In this document: one piece after another, positions 57,715-64,000 of the stretch
Position numbering within the stretch: the first letter of the stretch is position 1
Layout: each line of letters opens with the position of its first letter
Assembly: GCA_964408995.1 (NCBI GenBank)
Contig: CAYPBP010000001.1
Location: forward strand, 10,823-74,822
Length of the DNA stretch: 64,000 bases
Direction: 5' to 3'
Origin: an uncultured Gammaproteobacteria bacterium
GTDB lineage: Bacteria; Patescibacteriota; Microgenomatia; UBA12405
Notes under the pieces: generated by a model
Told to the model about the DNA's origin: nothing
Database searches by the model: none
Seen by the model: the letters and a program-made list of their open reading frames with translations, nothing else
Translations under genes and position numbers: made by a program

Positions 57715-58938
57715 ATGAAAATCTTATTATTAAGCCACATTTTTCCACCTGCAATTGATGGTGGTTCAAAAGTAATTTATAAACTTGGTCAATATTTTGA
57801 ATCTCAAGACCATCAAACCCTTTATCTTTCTTCCAATTGCACCAGCACCGACGATTTTGTTAAAGCAAAAAATTATCGACAATCTAACAGCAACGATCCA
57901 ACCTCTCTTTTAAAACTTCCTGTCTATCACCATCTTCGTCGTCCACTAAAATTTTTAAACTTATTTTTAAAAAAAGATCTATTAAAAGTTTTTCAAAAAG
58001 GCCCCATTTTTAAATTTATTCCATTTATAAAAGCCACTTATCAAGTAATAAAATTCAAACCCGATTTAATTGTTGCCGGACCACTTCCCACCACCATAGT
58101 CCTCTACGCCAGATTTTTCAAATTTATTTCTAAAGCTCTAACACTCAAAAGTTCTAAAGTTCTAATCAATTCTTCTTTCCATCAAACTGATCAAGACTTT
58201 CAACAAAAATCCTTAATCAAATCTCTTCAAAATGCTGATTATCTTTGGACCTTAACTCAATTTGAAACTGATTACTTTATTAAAAATTTTAAAATTAACC
58301 CTCAAAAAATAATCCTCGCCGGCAATGGCATAGATAATAACTTCTTAGTAAGGTGCCCTGTCAAGGGAAAGGTGGTACGAAGTACCAAAGGGTTTAATAT
58401 CTTGTTTATAGGAAGCCTTGCTGCCCATAAACGCGTAGATCTTCTTATCAAATCTTTTTCTAAAGTTCTAAAGCTCTACAGCTCTAACCCTCTAACTTTA
58501 ACCATCGCTGGTCAAAAAACCCTCTTTTATCCCCAAATACAAAAAACCATAAAGTCTCTTCCCAAAAATATTCAAAAACAAATAAAATTTATTTTTAATT
58601 TTAAAGAATCAGATTTAGCCAAATTAATCGATAATTGCGATATATTAGTTTTACCTTCAGTCCAAGAAAGTTTTGGTTTAGTTCTCGTCGAAGCCTGGGC
58701 CAGACAAAAACCAGTTATTACTAGTGACATTCCATCATTGAAAGAATTAGTTTCTAAGACTAAAGGGGGATTAACTTTTAAAACTGATAACCAAAAAGAT
58801 CTTAGTCAAACAATTATTAAACTAATTAACAACCAGAAACTTTGCCACCAATTGGGCCAAAATGCTTTTGAATATGTTAAAACTAATTATACTTGGAAAA
58901 AAGTAGGAGAAAAAATATGTCAAAAAATATTATCTTAA
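57715..58938 (+). CDS. Glycosyltransferase family 4
   Basis: 'FPPAIDGG', 'ESFGLVLVEAW'; carries three repeat-derived insertions. Confidence 0.9.
   Translation: MKILLLSHIFPPAIDGGSKVIYKLGQYFESQDHQTLYLSSNCTSTDDFVKAKNYRQSNSNDPTSLLKLPVYHHLRRPLKFLNLFLKKDLLKVFQKGPIFKFIPFIKATYQVIKFKPDLIVAGPLPTTIVLYARFFKFISKALTLKSSKVLINSSFHQTDQDFQQKSLIKSLQNADYLWTLTQFETDYFIKNFKINPQKIILAGNGIDNNFLVRCPVKGKVVRSTKGFNILFIGSLAAHKRVDLLIKSFSKVLKLYSSNPLTLTIAGQKTLFYPQIQKTIKSLPKNIQKQIKFIFNFKESDLAKLIDNCDILVLPSVQESFGLVLVEAWARQKPVITSDIPSLKELVSKTKGGLTFKTDNQKDLSQTIIKLINNQKLCHQLGQNAFEYVKTNYTWKKVGEKICQKILS
58130..58165 (+). repeat. 8-bp-period array, in frame
   Basis: ctaaagct ctaacact caaaagtt ctaaagtt ctaa. Confidence 0.75.
58350..58396 (+). 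repeat. 47-bp REP-like element, copy 2 (intragenic)
   Basis: Identical to 5648-5694 but read in a different frame. Confidence 0.9.
58460..58499 (+). repeat. 8-bp-period array, in frame
   Basis: ctaaagtt ctaaagct ctacagct ctaaccct ctaacttt. Confidence 0.8.
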
Positions 58939-59372
58939 TTATTACCCCATTATTAATAATCGCCACTATTTTAATTTGGCGTTTATTTTTTTATATGCCA
59001 TCAGCAGAATTTATTAATCTGAATATTAAAGATCAAAAATATAAAATCGAATTAGCCAAAACTTCTGCTCAAAAAATCAAAGGTTTATCAAAAAGAGAAA
59101 AACTTTGTAAAAATTGTGGCATGCTTTTTATTTTTGCTTTTGAAACCGAACTTCCTTTTTGGATGAAAGACACTCTGATTCCTCTTGACATTATTTGGCT
59201 TAATAAAGATGGTAAAGTAGTTGATATTCAAACAGCCACCACTACCAGCTCTCAAAAAATTTATAAAAATAAATCAAAAGCTCAATATGTTTTAGAACTA
59301 AATGCCACTGATTCTCAAAAATTGAATTTAAATATCGACGATATTATTCAATTACCCAATTTCAATGACTAA
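58917..59372 (+). CDS. DUF192 family protein
   Basis: 'GMLFIF', 'FWMKDTLIPLDIIW', 'YVLELNA'; SD aggaga before ATG 58917. Confidence 0.9.
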   Translation: MSKNIILIITPLLIIATILIWRLFFYMPSAEFINLNIKDQKYKIELAKTSAQKIKGLSKREKLCKNCGMLFIFAFETELPFWMKDTLIPLDIIWLNKDGKVVDIQTATTTSSQKIYKNKSKAQYVLELNATDSQKLNLNIDDIIQLPNFND

Positions 59373-60384
59373 AAAATCCAGAGCACCAGAGCACCAGAGC
59401 ACCAGAGCACCAAATTTCTCCATAATCATTCCCAACTACAACGGTGCTCAATTTATAGCTGATTGTTTGAACTCACTTTATCAATCAATTCAAAATTGTC
59501 CCAATTCAGAATTTGAAATAATTCTTGTCGACAATGGATCTAAAGATAATAGTATTGAAATTTTTCAAAAAATAATTCCCAAAAATATTCACTATAAAAT
59601 TTTATTGAATTCTCAAAATAAAGGTTTTGCCCCAGCTGTTAATCAAGGCATAAATAAAGCCAAATATGAATATGTTGTCTTACTAAATAATGACTTAACT
59701 ATGGAACCTGATTGGTTTCAATTAATTTCTAATCAAATAAAAATTAATAAAGATCCAAAAATCACTACTTTCTTTGGCACAGTTTTGACTAAAGATGGCT
59801 CTAAATTTGAATCCCAAGGTTTAGAGTTTTTCTATTCTGGCAAAGCTCAAAATATCTCCAATGGCAAAGATTTTACCCCATCTACGACCTACGACCTACA
59901 ATCTACTAAACTAGTTTGGGGTGCTTCCGCCGCTCTAGTTGTTTACAAAAAAGAAACTCTAGAAAAAATTGGCCTCTTTGATGAAGATTTTTTTGCCTAT
60001 GAAGAAGATGTTGATTTGGCCCTGCGACTCCACAATTTAAACTATAAAACTCTTTATATCCCCGCTGCCATTTCCTATCATATAGGAGGCGGAACCAGCA
60101 ACAAAATGGGGATTTTTAGATACAAAATGGATGCTAAAAATTGGATTTACATTATAATCAAAAACTTTTCCAAAAAAGAAATAATAACTAATTTACCCAA
60201 AATTATAGAAGAACGATTAAGAAACTTATCTGGTTTAAGTAAGCAAACTATTCGTATTTATAAACTGAAATCAATTTTCTATTTACCATACATATTATTT
60301 TCTACTTACGGTGAAGTTTTAGTTAAACTACCAAAAATGTTTAACAAACGTAAATCTATCAAAAAACTTGATAGACTATGCTAA
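59365..60384 (+). CDS. Glycosyltransferase family 2 (rhamnosyltransferase-like)
   Basis: 'IIPNYNG', 'LLNND', 'FDEDFFAYEEDVDL'. Confidence 0.9.
   Translation: MTKKSRAPEHQSTRAPNFSIIIPNYNGAQFIADCLNSLYQSIQNCPNSEFEIILVDNGSKDNSIEIFQKIIPKNIHYKILLNSQNKGFAPAVNQGINKAKYEYVVLLNNDLTMEPDWFQLISNQIKINKDPKITTFFGTVLTKDGSKFESQGLEFFYSGKAQNISNGKDFTPSTTYDLQSTKLVWGASAALVVYKKETLEKIGLFDEDFFAYEEDVDLALRLHNLNYKTLYIPAAISYHIGGGTSNKMGIFRYKMDAKNWIYIIIKNFSKKEIITNLPKIIEERLRNLSGLSKQTIRIYKLKSIFYLPYILFSTYGEVLVKLPKMFNKRKSIKKLDRLC
59378..59412 (+). repeat. Perfect (CCAGAGCA)x4 array, in frame at the N-terminus
   Basis: Encodes SRAPEHQSTRAP. Confidence 0.92.
59882..59909 (+). repeat. 7-bp-period array, in frame
   Basis: ctacgac ctacgac ctacaat ctactaa, encoding STTYDLQSTK. 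Confidence 0.75.
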
Positions 60385-60398
60385 TTAAAATTTAAAAA

Positions 60399-60437
60399 CT
60401 AAAATTCTAGTGCTCTAAAGCTCTAAAACTCTAAAAT
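60399..60437 (+). repeat. 8-bp-period array, intergenic
   Basis: ctaaaatt ctagtgct ctaaagct ctaaaact ctaaaat, directly before the ATG. Confidence 0.8.
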
Positions 60438-61580
60438 ATGATCATCGGTATTGATATCTCCACCATTCCCTACAAAACTGGCGTCAGTAATTACACCTTA
60501 AATCTAATTAGAAATCTTTTAAAAATAGATAAGCTTAATACTTATAAATTTTTTTATTCATCCCTAAGACTTCCACTTCCAGAAGAAATTGTTCAACTAA
60601 AAAAAAGTCATTCCAACCTTGAAATTTATCAATTTAAATTACCACCAACCTTACTTCAAATTTTATGGAATCAACTTCACTTATTTCCAATCGAATTTTT
60701 TATTGGCAAATGCCATCTTTTTCATACTTCAGATTGGACTCAACCTCCAACATTAAAAGCCAAAACCATCACTACTGTCCATGACCTAACTCCTTTTTTG
60801 TTTCCAAAGTGGCATCATCCAAAAGTTGTTAAAGCTCATCACCACAAAATGAAATTGGCCATTAAAAAATGTAGTCAATTTATTTGTGTTTCCCAAAATA
60901 CTAAAAACGATTTATTGAAATTATTTCCCAAAGTTGATGCTCAAAAGATTACTGTCATTTATGAAGCTGCTGAAAATAAGTACGATAGTTTCTTAAAACT
61001 TAGTAAAGAAATTCAACAAAAAAAACTTGACACTATTAAAAAACAATATGGTCTTGATAAATTTATTCTAGCTCAAGGAACCAGAGAACCCCGAAAAAAT
61101 TTAAAAAGATTAATTGATGCTTTCATGATATTTAAAAAGAAGTACCCCAGTTGCCATGTTGAATTGGCTATTGCTGGTAAATATGGTTGGGGCCAAGATG
61201 TCGATGGTAAAAAAGATCCATCAATAAAAATACTTGGATTTATCCCCGAAAAAGATATGGTTGCTCTTCATGCCAGTACTATTTGTTTGGCTTATCCATC
61301 ACTTTATGAAGGTTTTGGTTTGCCTTTGGTAAAATCCCTAAAAGTTAAAGTCCCTATTATTACTAGTAATATTTCTTCTATGCCAGAAGTTGCCGGTAAA
61401 GCCGCTATTTATGTTAATCCAGAATCAACCTCTGAACTTGCAAAAGCCATTGAAACAATTGTTAAATCAGCTGCCACCAGAAACAGATTAAAATCTAGAA
61501 GTTTAGATCAAGCCAAAAATTTCAGTTGGATTAAAACCGCCAAAGAAAGCTTAAATGTCTATGTCAAAACCATTAACTGA
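60438..61580 (+). CDS. Glycosyltransferase family 4 (mannosyltransferase-like)
   Basis: 'TGVSNYT', 'GTREPRKN', 'YEGFGLP'. Confidence 0.9.
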   Translation: MIIGIDISTIPYKTGVSNYTLNLIRNLLKIDKLNTYKFFYSSLRLPLPEEIVQLKKSHSNLEIYQFKLPPTLLQILWNQLHLFPIEFFIGKCHLFHTSDWTQPPTLKAKTITTVHDLTPFLFPKWHHPKVVKAHHHKMKLAIKKCSQFICVSQNTKNDLLKLFPKVDAQKITVIYEAAENKYDSFLKLSKEIQQKKLDTIKKQYGLDKFILAQGTREPRKNLKRLIDAFMIFKKKYPSCHVELAIAGKYGWGQDVDGKKDPSIKILGFIPEKDMVALHASTICLAYPSLYEGFGLPLVKSLKVKVPIITSNISSMPEVAGKAAIYVNPESTSELAKAIETIVKSAATRNRLKSRSLDQAKNFSWIKTAKESLNVYVKTIN

Positions 61581-62244
61581 CTATTACCAAAATAATTCAA
61601 ACAAATTTGGATGGGGGACTGATAATAAAATTTCTGATTACAAAATAAAAGAAATAATTCCTCATATTTCTGGTAAAAAAGTTCTTGATATAGGTTGTGG
61701 CCCAGGTCATTTGGTTGATATTTTGTCTAAAAAAGGTTTTGATTCTTTTGGTATCGATTCAACCCCTAGTTTTATTAACTATGCCAAAAAAAATAAAAAA
61801 GGTACTTTTAAAATTGGTAACGCCAATAAAACTCAATTTAAATCAAAAGAATTTGATACTGTAATTTTAAAAAGTGTTTTAGAACATTTAAAAGACGACA
61901 AAATAGCCCTAAAAGAAGCTCTAAGAATAGGTAAAAAAATAATCATAATTGTCCCTCAAAAAACTAGTTTTAAATTAAAAAAAAGAGGTTTAATTTACTC
62001 TCATTATCAAGACAAAAGTCATCTTAGAAACTACACCAAAAAATCATTAACCAAATTGATTAACTCTTGTAACGCTAAAATAATTAAATTAATCCCAATT
62101 GAACCCTTACCAATCAAATCCATCTTTTTTGAATTATTTATAGCTCCTAAATTACTAAAAAGAATAATCACAAAAATTTTCTTTTTAATTTTTAAACAAG
62201 AAAAATATTATTTAGAACTTTTAGTTATAATTAAAGCATGTTAA
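61555..62244 (+). CDS. Class I SAM-dependent methyltransferase
   Basis: 'VLDIGCGPG', 'VLEHL'. Confidence 0.9.
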   Translation: MSMSKPLTDYYQNNSNKFGWGTDNKISDYKIKEIIPHISGKKVLDIGCGPGHLVDILSKKGFDSFGIDSTPSFINYAKKNKKGTFKIGNANKTQFKSKEFDTVILKSVLEHLKDDKIALKEALRIGKKIIIIVPQKTSFKLKKRGLIYSHYQDKSHLRNYTKKSLTKLINSCNAKIIKLIPIEPLPIKSIFFELFIAPKLLKRIITKIFFLIFKQEKYYLELLVIIKAC

Positions 62245-63368
62245 TTGGTATTGATGGTAACGAAGCTAATATTAAAAACCGAGTTGGTGTTGGTCAATAT
62301 GCTTTTAATTTATTATTAAACATTTATTCCCTGGACAAAAAAAATAAATATATTATTTATTTAAAAGAAGAAGCCCAAGATGATCTGCCAAAAGCTAATC
62401 CTAACTGGCAATACAAAGTTTTTGGACCGAAAAAACTTTGGACTAAAATAGCCCTACCAATTAAATTGTTTACCCAATCAGATAAATTAGATTTATTCTA
62501 TTCACCTAGCCATTATTCACCATCTCTTTGCCCTTGTCCCACTGTTCCTACTATTCACGATTTAGGTTATCTTCAATCTCAAGATCAATTCACTAAAAAA
62601 GATTTATATCAATTAATCAATTGGACCGAAAAATCTCTCAAAAAATCCAGTCATATTATTACTGTTTCTAATTTTTCCAAAAACGAAATTGAAAAAATCT
62701 ACAAAATAAATCCTAAAAAAATTACTATTGCCTATAACGGAGTTAGTTCGCCACCAAAGATTGATACAAAAGATCAACAAAAAATCCTTTCTCTATACAA
62801 TCTTCAATCTAAAAACTATTATCTCTACTTAGGTACTCTTAAACCCAACAAAAACCTCCCATTTTTAATCAAATCTTTTTCTGAATTTATAAAAAAATCT
62901 AAAGCTCTAAAGATCCAAAGTTCTAACGTTCTAGTTATTGCTGGTAAAAAAGGCTGGCTCTTTGATGAAATTTTTAGTTGTGTCAAACAAGAAGGAATCG
63001 AAAACAATATTGTTTTCACTGACTTTATTGATGAATCTCAAAAGTGGACTTTGTATCAAAATGCTAAAGCTTTGATTATGCCAAGTCTTTATGAAGGTTT
63101 TGGTATTCCTGTTATTGAAGCCATGAAAGTAAACACTCCAGTAATTTCAAGTAATATTATCCCTTTAAAAGAAGTCCTTCAAAACAATGCTTTCTATTTC
63201 AACCCAACTAAAGAAAAAGAACTGATCGATCAATTAATCAAGTTTGAAAAACTTAATTCTTTAGGCATCAAAAAAATAACTGATAAAGCCAAGCTTAGGG
63301 CTGATTTTTTTAGCTGGCAAAACACTGCCAAATCAGTCATTTCTGTTTTTGAAAAATTTAAAAATTAA
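62238..63368 (+). CDS. Glycosyltransferase family 4 (mannosyltransferase-like)
   Basis: 'VGVGQYA', 'TIHDL', 'YEGFGIPVIEAM'. Confidence 0.9.
   Translation: MLIGIDGNEANIKNRVGVGQYAFNLLLNIYSLDKKNKYIIYLKEEAQDDLPKANPNWQYKVFGPKKLWTKIALPIKLFTQSDKLDLFYSPSHYSPSLCPCPTVPTIHDLGYLQSQDQFTKKDLYQLINWTEKSLKKSSHIITVSNFSKNEIEKIYKINPKKITIAYNGVSSPPKIDTKDQQKILSLYNLQSKNYYLYLGTLKPNKNLPFLIKSFSEFIKKSKALKIQSSNVLVIAGKKGWLFDEIFSCVKQEGIENNIVFTDFIDESQKWTLYQNAKALIMPSLYEGFGIPVIEAMKVNTPVISSNIIPLKEVLQNNAFYFNPTKEKELIDQLIKFEKLNSLGIKKITDKAKLRADFFSWQNTAKSVISVFEKFKN
62899..62938 (+). repeat. 8-bp-period array, in frame
   Basis: ctaaagct ctaaagat ccaaagtt ctaacgtt ctagttat, encoding SKALKIQSSNVLV. Confidence 0.8.
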
Positions 63369-63379
63369 AATATAACTTT

Positions 63380-63406
63380 CTAATGCTCTAACCTTCTAAT
63401 GCTCTA
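63380..63406 (+). repeat. 8-bp-period array, intergenic
   Basis: ctaatgct ctaacctt ctaatgct cta. Confidence 0.75.
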
Positions 63407-63427
63407 TTTATTTGCTAAACTATTAAT

Positions 63428-64000
63428 ATGAAAGACCGAACCGGTAATAATTTAAACTCTAAGCAAATTTTTCAAAAAGTAATTATCCGTATTAAAACCA
63501 TTTTTCTAGAATTATTTTTGATGATTTTAAGATTTGTTGGCTATATTCCTATCCACAGCATCAGAAAGATATTCTATCTTGCCTCTGGCATTGATATCCC
63601 TTTTAATTCAACCATTCATATCGGAGCTAATTTCTTTAATCCTTCAAACATCACTATTGGCAATGACACTATTATCGGTGACCATTGTTTTTTGGATGGT
63701 CGAGATAAATTAACCATCGGCAGTCATGTTGGCATCGCCAGTCAAGTTTTAATTTACAACGATGAACACAATATTAATTCTGACAATTATGAAAATTCTT
63801 TTGGCCCAGTTGAAATTGGAGATTATGTTTTTATTGGACCAAGATCAATAATTTTACCCAATATTAAAATAGGTAAAGGTGCCGTTGTGGCCGCTGGAGC
63901 AGTGGTTACTAAAAATATTCCTGACTTTGAAATTTGGGGTGGAGTTCCAGCCCAAAAAATAAGTGATAGGAAAAATAAAAATCCAACTTATAAACTTGGT
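63428..64000 (+). CDS. Hexapeptide-repeat O-acetyltransferase, 3'-truncated by the window edge
   Basis: Not in the ORF track; my translation gives MKDRTG...IGDYVFIGPRSIILPNIKIGKGAVVAAGAVVTK...GGVPA. Confidence 0.88.
   Translation, partial: MKDRTGNNLNSKQIFQKVIIRIKTIFLELFLMILRFVGYIPIHSIRKIFYLASGIDIPFNSTIHIGANFFNPSNITIGNDTIIGDHCFLDGRDKLTIGSHVGIASQVLIYNDEHNINSDNYENSFGPVEIGDYVFIGPRSIILPNIKIGKGAVVAAGAVVTKNIPDFEIWGGVPAQKISDRKNKNPTYKLG

Noticed and set aside
1425-63019. Short alternative-frame and antisense ORFs in the track (e.g. 1425, 2312, 4844, 10643, 17755, 22686, 27869, 32793, 49919, 51557, 55160, 62825)
   Set aside because: They overlap well-supported genes and have no recognisable motifs; treated as shadow ORFs.

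Overview
Very AT-rich bacterial DNA in the standard genetic code. Gene content and style suggest a Patescibacteria/Microgenomates-type genome (inference). The window is mostly a cell-surface glycosylation region: six tandem GT-C membrane glycosyltransferases, many GT2/GT4 enzymes, a TMTC-like protein, a wzm/wzt ABC exporter, a flippase, fnlABC, ugd, galE, and metK behind a SAM-I-family riboswitch. Small accessory cassettes interrupt it: an intein in a B12/radical-SAM gene, a NYN nuclease with a convergent small RNA, an AbiE toxin-antitoxin pair, two Bro-N genes, RhuM, an AAA+ ATPase, and three tandem ~60-aa winged-helix-like genes. The strongest unexplained pattern is a family of 8-bp-period (and some 7-bp) degenerate tandem arrays. 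They flank both four-helix-bundle genes in inverted orientation and also occur alone, between genes and in frame inside glycosyltransferase genes. A separate 47-bp REP-like palindrome is also inserted in frame in two genes. I saw no tRNA, rRNA, CRISPR array, integrase or transposase. All calls are by eye, without database searches.
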